A DNA stretch of 64,000 nt from an uncultured Gammaproteobacteria bacterium. GTDB lineage: Bacteria > Patescibacteriota > Patescibacteriia > JAHIZJ01. The number at the start of each line of letters is the position of its first letter. Position 1 is the stretch's first letter. Where the stretch lies: the NCBI GenBank assembly GCA_964594455.1, contig CAZQLY010000004.1:61972-125971 (forward strand), given 5' to 3'. A model generated the notes under the pieces. That model was not told where the DNA came from. It saw only the letters and a program-made list of their open reading frames with translations, and ran no database searches. This document shows, piece after piece, positions 10,678-19,721 of this stretch. The position numbers were made by a program, and so were the translations under genes.

Positions 10678-10899
10678 TATTAATTATTAAACCGTTATTC
10701 TTACTATGAATATTATCAAAAATATAATATTTTGTAAAGTGTAGAAAATGTACAAGTTATCCACATTGACAACAAAAAAAGAAACCTTTAGTCTTCAAAA
10801 TACAATTATGTACATTATTTATATTTTTTACTTTTTGCTAATATTTGCTAAACTATATATAAATTATGGTGTGTATAATAAACATTTTAATTTGAGGAG

Positions 10900-11193
10900 G
10901 TGTATATGTTAAAAAAATTAACTGAAAATCTAGAAAAAACAAAACAACAAATTAATAGTTTTATAGAAAAAACTGAAGCTAAACTTGAATCGTTTGACAC
11001 AAATTCACGACAACAATGGGAAGAAACAAAGAAAGACCTTGAACTCAAAAGTCAGGCAGCAGAACAAGAATTGGAATACTTAAAAAACACAGGCGAGAAT
11101 GTTGGCGATGAAATGCTGGCCGGAGCTCATGCTGCAGCTGAAGAGTTAAAATATAGGCTAAAACGAGCAAAAATAGAGATCTCGAAATTATAA
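10900..11193 (+). CDS. coiled-coil hypothetical protein
   Basis: GAGGAGG RBS; helical heptad composition. Confidence 0.65.
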   Translation: MYMLKKLTENLEKTKQQINSFIEKTEAKLESFDTNSRQQWEETKKDLELKSQAAEQELEYLKNTGENVGDEMLAGAHAAAEELKYRLKRAKIEISKL

Positions 11194-11216
11194 ATTATTA
11201 ATTATTAGGAAAACAT

Positions 11217-11490
11217 ATGAATTTAAACCAAAAAGCCAATCAAGTGAAAGGTATGGTTTTTTAAAAAGATTGATGATAAATTACTCGAATTGGATATAAA
11301 CCACGAGATTAAAAGCCATATCAAGGCTAATAAAGTCAATTCCTATATAAATGCTGAAGTGGCAAATAACATTGTTTATTTGAGGGGTAAAATAGATGAC
11401 AACAACGAATACAAAACAGTAATAAATAAAATATTAAGAATCACAAAAAACATGAGTATAAAAAATAACGTTGATCTCAATAACCAATAG
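11217..11490 (+). pseudogene. BON-domain protein with +1 frameshift in a T6/A5 run
   Basis: ATG 11217 frame stops at ~11261; removing one T joins it to KIDDKLLELDI...INAEVANNIVYLRGKI...IKNNV. Confidence 0.55.
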
Positions 11491-11521
11491 TTTAAAATGG
11501 TTAATTATTAAAAGAAAAAAT

Positions 11522-12145
11522 ATGTCAAATCAATACTCTACGCCTGACCTCCCCTACCCATATGATGCGTTAGAGCCGAATATAGATAAAGAGACTATGA
11601 AAATTCATCATGACAAGCATCATGTAAAATACACTTCAAAATTAAATGAAGCTATCAATAAGCATAGTGAGTTTTTTGACACACCACCCGATAAGCTTCT
11701 CCAGAACTTAGACGTTATCCCCCAGGACATTAGAGATGCTGTGAGGAATCATGGAGGAGGTCATGTAAATCACTCGCTGTTCTGGGAAATCATGAGTCCG
11801 GATGGTGGCGGAGAGCCTGGTGGCATTCTAGCAGAGGCACTGACTAATGAGTTTGGTTCTGTGGACGAATTCCGCAATAAATATGAAAAAACAGCCGCCA
11901 ACTTATTTGGGTCTGGATGGGCTTGGCTGGTAATCTCAAAAAACGGCAAGCTCGAAATAACACAGACTCAAAACCAAGACACTCCTTTATCGTTTGGAAA
12001 AAAACCGCTCTTACTGTTGGATTTATGGGAACACTCCTATTATCTTAAATACCAAAATAAACGACCTGAATATATAAAAGCTTGGTGGAACGTTGTTAAT
12101 TGGGACGCTATCCAAAAATCATATCAAGATTTTCAAAAGATTTAG
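11522..12145 (+). CDS. sodA: Fe/Mn superoxide dismutase
   Basis: [50 protein letters not shown]. Confidence 0.95.
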   Translation: MSNQYSTPDLPYPYDALEPNIDKETMKIHHDKHHVKYTSKLNEAINKHSEFFDTPPDKLLQNLDVIPQDIRDAVRNHGGGHVNHSLFWEIMSPDGGGEPGGILAEALTNEFGSVDEFRNKYEKTAANLFGSGWAWLVISKNGKLEITQTQNQDTPLSFGKKPLLLLDLWEHSYYLKYQNKRPEYIKAWWNVVNWDAIQKSYQDFQKI

Positions 12146-12456
12146 GCTATTTAGAGTCGTTAAAAAACTATTAATACAAAAAAATAGATCAAAATTTACA
12201 ATCTTGTTGATTATAAATCTATGTCTATAAATATTGTAATATACGTATTTTATTCTTTAATACAACAATTATGAAGAAAGATAAAAACAATTATTTTGAT
12301 GATAATTCTTTAGACATAAAGAGACGTTCAGGTAAAAAACCTAAGGTTTTACACAAAAAAGACGGTCTATCAGACAAAAACCTCGAAGTGAAAACCATCT
12401 TCAATGTTGAAAATCTTAACATAGTTTAGTCTTACAATTAATAAAGGAGGATTAAC

Positions 12457-12891
12457 ATGGAAAAAAAGTCAAATACAATAGCCTGGATGGCCCTTATCGT
12501 AGGTATTGGTTCTATCATACTGGGATGGTCTGCATATAATAGAAGTGGTGAGGACCTCGAAGCACAAATTGCAAATTTGAGCATGCAGGCCCAAAAAGAT
12601 ATTGAAGCACAAACTGCTTTGACTGAAGCAAGATTAAGGCTTTGGACGGTAAACAGTCGTTTGGAAATCAACGAAAATTATGATGAAGCAGCCGACGAAA
12701 TAAAGAAAATCAGGCAAGACACGGAAACTGCTATAGCCGACGCCGGTCAAGCAGTGCAAAACACATTTGATGATCTGGATCAAGACCTTGAACAGATAGA
12801 AAATGATCTCAGGTCTGGTAGCTCTGAAGCTATCCAAAACATACAAAATTTGCTTGAGAGTTGGCAACAGAATATTAATAACCAATCATAA
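12457..12891 (+). CDS. membrane-anchored helical protein
   Basis: One N-terminal TM helix followed by coiled coil; GGAGG RBS. Confidence 0.7.
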   Translation: MEKKSNTIAWMALIVGIGSIILGWSAYNRSGEDLEAQIANLSMQAQKDIEAQTALTEARLRLWTVNSRLEINENYDEAADEIKKIRQDTETAIADAGQAVQNTFDDLDQDLEQIENDLRSGSSEAIQNIQNLLESWQQNINNQS

Positions 12892-12921
12892 TTAATATTA
12901 ACAAAACATAAAGGAGGAACT

Positions 12922-13197
12922 ATGAATATTATTCTTATGATTATCATAGGGCTAATAGCCGGCTGGTCTGCTGGAATGATTGTCCAGGGCAAAGGGTTTG
13001 GATTATTAGGAAATATTATAGTTGGTGTTTTAGGTGCTTTAATCGGCGGTTGGATGTTCACAATATTTGGGATAGATGTTTTCGCCGGTTTTGGCTGGGC
13101 TGTCCTATCAGCTGTTGTGGGATCGCTAATATTGCTTTCTGTGGTTATTATACTAATGCCCAAAAAAGAGGAAAAAGAGCAGGAAAAATTGAATTAA
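12922..13197 (+). CDS. GlsB/YeaQ/YmgE (transglycosylase-associated) membrane protein
   Basis: IIIGLIAGW.A..I..G.G.GLLGNIIVGVLGA.IGG. Confidence 0.9.
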   Translation: MNIILMIIIGLIAGWSAGMIVQGKGFGLLGNIIVGVLGALIGGWMFTIFGIDVFAGFGWAVLSAVVGSLILLSVVIILMPKKEEKEQEKLN

Positions 13198-13235
13198 GAA
13201 TATAATTGCTATTTCTTGAACTTAAGCTCGTTTTT

Positions 13236-13302
13236 CGGCACTTTGGCGCGCCCGAAGCCAGGTAAGTGTTGCTTTAACAAAGCTTCGGGCAGCGCAGTGC
13301 CG
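13236..13302. repeat. long GC-rich hairpin with AAGCTTCGG core (REP-like)
   Basis: CGGCACT/AGTGCCG and GCCCGAAGC/GCTTCGGGC arms. Confidence 0.55.
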
Positions 13303-13734
13303 TATTTTACAAGCATTTTTGACTTCCATGGCCATCTAATACTTACATAAAAGAAAAAACTTTGGCTATCTTTTAACGCCCATTTCAATACTGTCTATTG
13401 ATCAATAAAAAAATAACAAATAGCCACATGATAAATTATGTAAATGCAATAAATTTACAATACTGTTTTTAAATTATTTGTGAATTATATCCAACAAAAG
13501 GTAAAATCAAAACCCATAAAATAATAATCCTTTAATATAATTAAGTACCATAAATATGCCAAGAAACAATAAATCAGTGTACACCCCCTGGACCGCTATT
13601 AAAGAAATAGTAGGTGAAGAAGATAAAAACACCAAGCGCAGAAAAAACAGCCAAACCCCTTCCAAAAAAATCAGAGAGAGAAAGACAGACCCAGAAACAG
13701 CAAGTCAGTAAAACAACAAAACCAATAAACTAGA

Positions 13735-14012
13735 TTCGCGGTTTTGGCGTCAGGATTAACGCCAGCTGGCTGGTTCTGACCTTGCTGATCACCTCGACAG
13801 CGGCCCAAGGGTTGTTTTTCCGGCCCTTGTCCTGGAATTATCGGGTACTGCTTAGTAGTGGATGGGCATGGCTGGGACAGTCGATATATTCATCTCGATT
13901 GTATTCGTTCTCAACTATTGTCTGCTTGCTAGCTGCTTATCCAGTGAATATCTATCTGGTAAAGGGGGAGCAAAGGCCGGCATGCATAACCCAAAAGAAA
14001 AGCATTAATTAA
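13735..14012 (+). pseudogene. gene debris: site-2 protease (M50)-like N-terminal fragment plus DUF4396-like C-terminal fragment
   Basis: GFGVRINASWLVLTLLIT resembles M50 N-terminus; LAAYPVNIYLVKG resembles DUF4396 C-terminus. Confidence 0.35.
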
Positions 14013-14018
14013 AAATAT

Positions 14019-14351
14019 ATGCAGTATCATAATATAATAAAAAAAATATTCGCCGCTGATATTAATATTAAGAATTACGGAGACGACATTGGGCTTCCTG
14101 GAAGCAGCAACAATAATTTACCTGAAATAATAGCCAATTTAGTGGGGTATGTTTTAAGCTTTATAGCTTTAATTGCTGTAATTATGATTATTTTTGGTGG
14201 CTTCCAATGGCTTACAGCCGCCGGCGACGATGAAAGAATAAGTTCGGCAAAACGCACAATATCAAGTGCAATAATAGGCTTGGTTATTGTATTTTTGGCT
14301 TGGAGTATAGTTAGTTTTGTTATTGGCGGAATCACTAATCAGTCAGCGTAA
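14019..14351 (+). CDS. CPR-type pilin (TrbC/VirB2-like)
   Basis: IIFGGFQWLTAAGD.E.I..AK.TI..AIIGLVIV.LAW.IV.FV. Confidence 0.85.
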   Translation: MQYHNIIKKIFAADINIKNYGDDIGLPGSSNNNLPEIIANLVGYVLSFIALIAVIMIIFGGFQWLTAAGDDERISSAKRTISSAIIGLVIVFLAWSIVSFVIGGITNQSA

Positions 14352-14445
14352 AAGATTGCGTGACTGATTATTGCTCTAGCGACCAAGGCTAATAAAAATA
14401 TAATAAAACAAACCTTAAATAAACTTTAATTCATGAATTAGGTTT

Positions 14446-15042
14446 TTAAGCTTTTTTCTTCTGAACTATTGGTCTCAAGAAGTTTTTTAATTTGCTAAAT
14501 GATATTGATCTATGACTTATTTTATTTTTTTCTTCGTCGGTCATCTCAGCAAATGTTTTTGTCAGCCTCTCTGGAATAAAAAGTAAATCATAAGGCAGGC
14601 TCGGTCTGGGTTTACCTTTGGGTGCTAGAGAAAGATGCCCATTAACCCTGCCAATAAAACAATACTCCTTTCCCTCAGGTGAAACTAATACTGCAACAGT
14701 TTTAAAGTGCGCTCCTCTCTTTTCTTCAGGTACTCCTTTTAATTTATCCAAAGTATGGCGTACAATATTATCCCGATCTGTCCAACGAGCGCTATTAATT
14801 CCTGGAGCACCGTTTAAGAAATCAATAAATATTCCTGTATCATCGGCCACGGACCATTCGCCGGTTTGTTGATTGACTGACCTGGCCTTCTTCAACGAAT
14901 TTTCTTTGATAGTTTCACCATCTTCATCCACTTCATCCAGGTGCAAATCAATAGCACTAACAACTTTTATATCCAAATCAGACAAAAGGTCCTGCATCTC
15001 TTTTAATTTTCCTGGATTGTGGGTTGCAAATACTAATTTCAT
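14446..15042 (-). CDS. rdgB: non-canonical purine NTP pyrophosphatase (Ham1/RdgB)
   Basis: FATHNPGKLKE, ADDTG..I..LNGAPGI.SAR, EKNKISHR. Confidence 0.92.
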   Translation of the reverse strand: MKLVFATHNPGKLKEMQDLLSDLDIKVVSAIDLHLDEVDEDGETIKENSLKKARSVNQQTGEWSVADDTGIFIDFLNGAPGINSARWTDRDNIVRHTLDKLKGVPEEKRGAHFKTVAVLVSPEGKEYCFIGRVNGHLSLAPKGKPRPSLPYDLLFIPERLTKTFAEMTDEEKNKISHRSISFSKLKNFLRPIVQKKKA

Positions 15043-15060
15043 GTTTATATCTTACCATAA

Positions 15061-15359
15061 AATAAAAACGGGCACCGAGCCGAAACGCGGCGCCCCCAGA
15101 GATGCCATGAATTTGTACGATCTGATGCCTTAGCCACCCTCGAAAGGGCTCATCCCCTAAAAGGAGGGAAGGATTCGAACCTCCCAGACATTAGACAGCC
15201 AATCTAACAGCCATGGGTTTTTAAGCCCTACTGCCAGCGAGGCTAGCCACAGACTCCTATTCTCCTGCAGTTGGCAGATTTGCCAACTAGCACCATCGTT
15301 TCCGTCTGCCCCAGGCTACTTACCTGGGTGAATTGCTGCGAACTCCCTCCACGCAGCAT
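15061..15359 (-). ncRNA. unclassified ~300-nt structured RNA with a tRNA-like core
   Basis: TTGACA-N16-TATGCT promoter (15364-15391); serial hairpins; GGAGG-TTCGAAT-CCTTC T-arm; GC terminator 15070-15095 with T-tract. Confidence 0.55.
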
Positions 15360-15431
15360 CTGAAGCATACAGCTCAAACTATTTTTGTCAATAAAAAAAC
15401 TAACTACTGAAAGCTAGTTTTTTAGAAAATA

Positions 15432-15785
15432 TTATTCTTCCATTCCATTGACAAGGGTCATCATCTCATCATAATGTTTCTTAATGACTTCTTGACTACG
15501 GTATTGCTGGGAAAAATCTTTCAAGGCATCCATTACTTTCATGATCGACTCTTTAGTCGGATTATCAAAATCACCACCAACTTTCTTGAAGGAGTTCTTA
15601 ACCATGATTTCAATGTTCGCACGAGTAAGTTTATAAGCTGCTCGCTCGGGCAAACTTTCTGTAATATCTTTTAATTCTTCTCGAGCCGCCTCTTCATGAG
15701 CCTCGACAAAACAAGTTAATAATGCCCTACGTACATCTAGGGCGGTATAGGGTTTTTCTGAGTCTACTCCATAGATAATTGGCAT
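15432..15785 (-). CDS. helical hypothetical protein
   Basis: Open ORF with host-like composition; GGDFDNPTKESI..V...L motif. Confidence 0.65.
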   Translation of the reverse strand: MPIIYGVDSEKPYTALDVRRALLTCFVEAHEEAAREELKDITESLPERAAYKLTRANIEIMVKNSFKKVGGDFDNPTKESIMKVMDALKDFSQQYRSQEVIKKHYDEMMTLVNGMEE

Positions 15786-15831
15786 GGTTAAAGAAATTTT
15801 AATTATTTTCCCCTTGTTATTGCCTCATTGG

Positions 15832-15908
15832 TGGTCGGGGTGGTGGGACTTGAACCCACGACCTCAGCGACCCGAACGCTGCGCGCTAGCCAACTGCGCC
15901 ACACCCCG
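15832..15908 (-). tRNA. tRNA-Pro(CGG)
   Basis: CGGGGTG acceptor; CAGCG-TTCGGGT-CGCTG anticodon arm; GTTCAAGTC T-loop; encoded CCA. Confidence 0.95.
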
Positions 15909-16151
15909 TTATTTGAATAAATTATCTAAAAATTCCCGACCCTTTCCTGTTTTCAAAAACCTTTCTCTTCTTATAGCCTTAAGTTTACAATAATAGATCT
16001 CAGTATATACCACCTTAAATGGACGATGCCCTCTAGTCCATTTATTACTACCTCTATTATGCTCTAAAACTCGTTGCGCCACTGGCTTTTCAGTTAGTCC
16101 AACATATCTTTTTCTGGACTTTAGGCTTATAAGAACATATACCGTAAACAT
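15909..16151 (-). CDS. small GIY-YIG nuclease
   Basis: VYVL.S....RYVG.T....R..EHN.G...T...RP....Y.E......A..RE.FLKTG.GR. Confidence 0.9.
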   Translation of the reverse strand: MFTVYVLISLKSRKRYVGLTEKPVAQRVLEHNRGSNKWTRGHRPFKVVYTEIYYCKLKAIRRERFLKTGKGREFLDNLFK

Positions 16152-16160
16152 GCTTTTTTT

Positions 16161-16213
16161 CTAGCCCCTGCCACAGGCGGGTCCGCCTTTAGCGGAAACT
16201 GCGCCACACCCCG
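16161..16213 (-). pseudogene. tRNA-Pro 5'-end duplicate with 30-bp double hairpin inserted in the D-loop
   Basis: 16197-16213 identical to 15892-15908; tRNA sequence resumes (GGCTAG) after the 16167-16196 insert. Confidence 0.7.
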
Positions 16214-16266
16214 ATTAATTAATGATAGCTATTTTGGTACAAACTTACCATCCAGAGAACAGCACT

Positions 16267-16322
16267 TAGCCAACTTTTCTGTCTGACCACCGAAGCTTTG
16301 TGCAGGTGGTCGCCATACCCCG
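16267..16322 (-). pseudogene. second degenerate tRNA-Pro 5' relic with palindromic insert
   Basis: CGGGGTATGGCG + [ACCACC..AAAGCTTCGGTGGT..] + AGTTGGCTA. Confidence 0.5.
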
Positions 16323-16500
16323 TACCACATTAATATACCTCTATTTTAGCAGATTTTCAAGCGGTGGATAAATGGTGGATTGACAGGTACTAATTTTGGA
16401 GTTAAAATTCCCCGCTCAGGAAAGAGCGGTTTACGTCCAGAACAAGGAATAGTTCCTTCATAGCTTGAACACACAGCTGAGTTAACTGCACCGAAGGGAA

Positions 16501-17007
16501 GTGATTGCCATGACAAACCCCATCAGAAAAGTTGTAGAACTGATGGACCTGGATCGCCAGCCCAAGCAGTGGGAGATTGAGAGGGCCAATAAGAACGTTC
16601 AGTCGTTCTACATAGTCTTCTCGGTTTTCACGGGCCTGATGATCCTGATGTACTGGCTTGAGGCTTTGCGCTACTGGCCATTCCTCAAGCCACTCCACTC
16701 AGATGTCTGGATTGTCCCTTTTGTCGGCTTCAGCATGTACTCGTTCTTGTTGGCGATGTATATCTCTAGCAAGGAAGTCACACGGTGGTGTCGATTGAAG
16801 CGGACGACCCGGCGCGGCGGACGCTGGGTAGCGATATGGTGGAGCACCTTCATGGCAATCCTCCTGCTCTCGATGTTGATTGAATGCATCAAGATGCCTC
16901 GCTATCTGGCCGGACAAACTTTCATCGTTACTATTGCCTTCTTTGGCAGTCAGACGATGAAAAATCTCTTCGTCAAACGCATGATGAATAACCCCAACCC
17001 GCAGTAA
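16501..17007 (+). CDS. multi-TM hypothetical membrane protein
   Basis: Four hydrophobic segments; TTGACA-N17-TAAAAT promoter at 16380. Confidence 0.65.
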   Translation: MIAMTNPIRKVVELMDLDRQPKQWEIERANKNVQSFYIVFSVFTGLMILMYWLEALRYWPFLKPLHSDVWIVPFVGFSMYSFLLAMYISSKEVTRWCRLKRTTRRGGRWVAIWWSTFMAILLLSMLIECIKMPRYLAGQTFIVTIAFFGSQTMKNLFVKRMMNNPNPQ

Positions 17008-17099
17008 CTCAGCAGTGTTCACTGAAAGGGGTGCTTCCCAAGCGCCCCTTTCTCATATAAAAAACCCGGTTGTCTGAATAGACTTCCGGGTTTTTTGAG

Positions 17100-18290
17100 T
17101 CAGGCTACTCTGTTATTCCCTTCAGAAAAGCCATCGCTCTCCCATTGGAGACGGATAACCTCGGAACCGAAGAGAATCTCAGAAGCGATCTGCCGCAGCA
17201 CCTGGTAGACCTCGTCTTGATCGTCGCTTGCACAATCGGTTGAACAGTAACCGGCCGCTGTCACCATGATTTGCTTGGGGTCCTGATCGTTCCAGATCTT
17301 CAGGTGGTGCAGTAAGCGATCTAGCTCAGTCGAATCTTCCAGGCCGCTTTGCTCCAGGATCTCGCTGAGGATCAGCCATTCACCGACCAGCTCAACCAGC
17401 TTATGGCAATGCAGCTGCCAGAAAGCCTGTTTGGCTCTCTGAGTCGTAGTAGCAGCAATCCAGAGCAGTGCCAGATAAACTGGGTCCTGCCCATGCCGCT
17501 TAATCCAATCAGGCATCTGGCGCGTCAACTCCTCAGCCTTGAGCACTCTGGCAATCGGCGGCTTGCTTCCCCAACCCTCCAGAATCCCCACCAGCCTCTC
17601 ATGCTGCTTGGGATCGCTTGGAATATCAAAGGCGTAAGCTACGTCCGCAAGCTCCTTCCAGCCACCCACCATTTCAGCAATATTGCTTAGCGGGTTGCTG
17701 TGCTCGGGCCAAGGAATCGTTTGTTGATCCTCGACCTCCTGATCAGTCGCTGAGAACCGGCTGCTTGGATCGAGATCCCTTACGAGTCGGGCACTCCTGA
17801 AATGAGCTACCGAAGAAGGTGGAATGGTCTGGCCACCGGAGGTGCTGCCTGTTCCCGGCTTCCTTACCAGAGATTGGCGCTCGTGACTGCTTACTCCACC
17901 GTCCGGTCCATAGAACCGCTGGTAGTAGTGAACTGCCCGGTTAACCAATAGCTGGAAAAAAGCTGGTTCAATCGGTCTAGGAACGAAGCCGTTGGCCCCG
18001 CATTTCGAAGCAGCTTGCCGGTAGCTTTCGAACTCGTTCGGATCATTGACTTCGCCCACCAGATAGATCATGACGATTCTCAGGTTGGGCATTCTTCTGA
18101 TTTCCGAGACCAGCCTTAAACAGTCCGGGTCGCTGTTCTCGATGAAAATCGCCGTCGGGATAACACCTTCGGTCACTTCGAAGACCTCGATCGAGCAAGT
18201 GGTCGAGTAGATCACTTCGTGCCCGATAAGAAGACTACGGTAAACTTCATGCCTGTTCACATCCGAGTCAAAGACCAACATCAGTGACAT
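17100..18290 (-). CDS. protein with N-terminal atypical (pseudo-)receiver domain
   Basis: LMLVFDSD...IPTAIFIE...GANGFVPRP matches REC topology without the canonical Asp/Lys; GAGGAGG RBS. Confidence 0.6.
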   Translation of the reverse strand: MSLMLVFDSDVNRHEVYRSLLIGHEVIYSTTCSIEVFEVTEGVIPTAIFIENSDPDCLRLVSEIRRMPNLRIVMIYLVGEVNDPNEFESYRQAASKCGANGFVPRPIEPAFFQLLVNRAVHYYQRFYGPDGGVSSHERQSLVRKPGTGSTSGGQTIPPSSVAHFRSARLVRDLDPSSRFSATDQEVEDQQTIPWPEHSNPLSNIAEMVGGWKELADVAYAFDIPSDPKQHERLVGILEGWGSKPPIARVLKAEELTRQMPDWIKRHGQDPVYLALLWIAATTTQRAKQAFWQLHCHKLVELVGEWLILSEILEQSGLEDSTELDRLLHHLKIWNDQDPKQIMVTAAGYCSTDCASDDQDEVYQVLRQIASEILFGSEVIRLQWESDGFSEGNNRVA

Positions 18291-18312
18291 AGCATACCTC
18301 CTCTGCTGACTC

Positions 18313-18337
18313 AAATAAAAAGAGCCTCAAAGGAGGC
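18313..18337 (-). terminator. leader (attenuator) intrinsic terminator
   Basis: GCCTC-CTTT-GAGGC followed by TCTTTTTATTT, upstream of the RBS. Confidence 0.7.
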
Positions 18338-18389
18338 GTCTGATATGGGCCATTCCTTGACCCAGAAGCTGTGGCGAAATTACCCGCAA

Positions 18390-18501
18390 GTTAATGCCGG
18401 TTACGCTACTGGCTCCCGATAGTCCGTTCTCCCGAGCTTATTCCAAGCTATTTGAGAGAAAAGCGTCCAAATTACAGACTATCGATCAGCGCCTCATTAA
18501 C
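18390..18501 (-). promoter_or_regulatory. c-di-GMP-II-type riboswitch aptamer
   Basis: P1 GTTAATG/CATTAAC; TGAT kink-turn strand; AATTTGGACGCTT loop; GAGCCAGTAGCGTAACCGGC 3' motif; compensatory ACGC/GCGT pseudoknot. Confidence 0.8.
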
Positions 18502-18533
18502 ACATCCTGGCGTTTCCAGAATGGTTCAGCGGG

Positions 18534-18562
18534 ATTGTAGCACTAGACCAGTGGTTTGTCAA
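18534..18562 (-). promoter_or_regulatory. sigma70 promoter TTGACA-N17-TACAAT
   Basis: Near-consensus, about 30 nt upstream of the riboswitch. Confidence 0.8.
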
Positions 18563-18707
18563 GGGGTTATTGTATTATTTCAATTGACTTAAAAATAACC
18601 TTTTGATTTCTTATCTTTGTAACCATTCCCTCCGACTACTGAACGACGGTAGAACCGCGGTATTGAGCGGAAAGTCCAATTTCTGCTTCCGTGAAGTAGC
18701 CCTGTAG

Positions 18708-19721
18708 TCAGATACCCGATTCGTCTTTCCCCGTTGCGTCACGTACCTGTTGTGCCAGCTTTTTCGTATTCCCGTGCCGTAACAGACCTAAATATGACTG
18801 AACGGTAGCTTCTGCCACCTGCTTGGCCTTGATGTTTTTGAACATTCTCCGCCTGGCCACGGTACGCAGTATGCGATGGTCGGGAAAATGCACCCAGCCC
18901 AGAAAATCCACTCCCGAAGCCACGGTCTCAATGGATACTTTGTCAGGGTGCAAATCCAGGTGCAGTCTGTCAGACAAAAAGTTCCTGATAAAAGACAAAA
19001 TACTTTCCAACCGCGCTTTATCTGACGAGAAATACACAAAATCGTCAGCATAGCGGATATAGTGCCGGGCTTTCAGTCCGTGCTTCACGTATTGGTCAAA
19101 CTCGTTCATGTAGACATTGACCAGAAGCTGGGAGGTAAGGTTGCCAAGTGGTAAGCCCTTTCCGTGTTCAATAGAAGAAAAACTGCTGATAATCTGGGCA
19201 AGCAGCCATTGAATGTCCGGGTCGGGAATGTAGCGGTTCACGATTTCAGAGAGAACAGAATGGTCTATCGAGGCAAAGAACTTCCTGATGTCGCATTTTA
19301 ATACCCAGCAGGTGCGGGTATGGTTGCGCGATACCTGGCAGGCGTATTTCCGAAACTGGTTAAGAGCTTTATGCGTTCCCTTGTTCACGCGGCAGGAATA
19401 TGAGTCGGCAATAATGGTGCGGTCAAAGAAAGGATAGAGTGCCCGGTACACAGCGTGGTGCAGCAGCCTGTCGCGGACGCTGGTCTTATGGATATTTCTG
19501 GGCTTGGGGTCGGAGATATTAAAAGCGTGGTAGGGCGAGTGCTTATAGGTTTTTCCTACTAAGTCTCGGTGCAGGGCAAGAATGTTAGCCATGAGATGTA
19601 ATTCAAAGAACTGCACGTCGGTGCGTGCCCGCTTGCCGCGCAAAAACTCCTGCCAGGCGTCGAGCAGATTCTCCACGGAAATGATATACTGAAAAGTGTT
19701 AAGAAACTGAATACGTCCCAT
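18708..19721 (-). CDS. DGR reverse transcriptase
   Basis: RDRLLHHA, SYSCR..KGTH, KCDIRKFF.SIDH, GLPLGNLTSQ, YIRYADDF, DFLG; no maturase or endonuclease domain. Confidence 0.95.
   Translation of the reverse strand: MGRIQFLNTFQYIISVENLLDAWQEFLRGKRARTDVQFFELHLMANILALHRDLVGKTYKHSPYHAFNISDPKPRNIHKTSVRDRLLHHAVYRALYPFFDRTIIADSYSCRVNKGTHKALNQFRKYACQVSRNHTRTCWVLKCDIRKFFASIDHSVLSEIVNRYIPDPDIQWLLAQIISSFSSIEHGKGLPLGNLTSQLLVNVYMNEFDQYVKHGLKARHYIRYADDFVYFSSDKARLESILSFIRNFLSDRLHLDLHPDKVSIETVASGVDFLGWVHFPDHRILRTVARRRMFKNIKAKQVAEATVQSYLGLLRHGNTKKLAQQVRDATGKDESGI

Noticed and set aside
12271-13722. Short Lys-rich ORFs at ~12271 and ~13556
   Set aside because: No recognisable motif or clear RBS; may be chance ORFs in AT-rich DNA.
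15061-15359. tmRNA (including permuted form), RNase P RNA, or functional tRNA-Leu(TAA)
   Set aside because: No matching acceptor/CCA after the T-arm, no tag ORF seen, no GAGGAAAGUCC motif; the acceptor and anticodon stems are non-canonical.
18620-18710. Attachment site or recombinase remnant at the DGR boundary
   Set aside because: A stem (TCTGACTAC/GTAGTCGGA) is present, but I found no second copy or integrase in the window.
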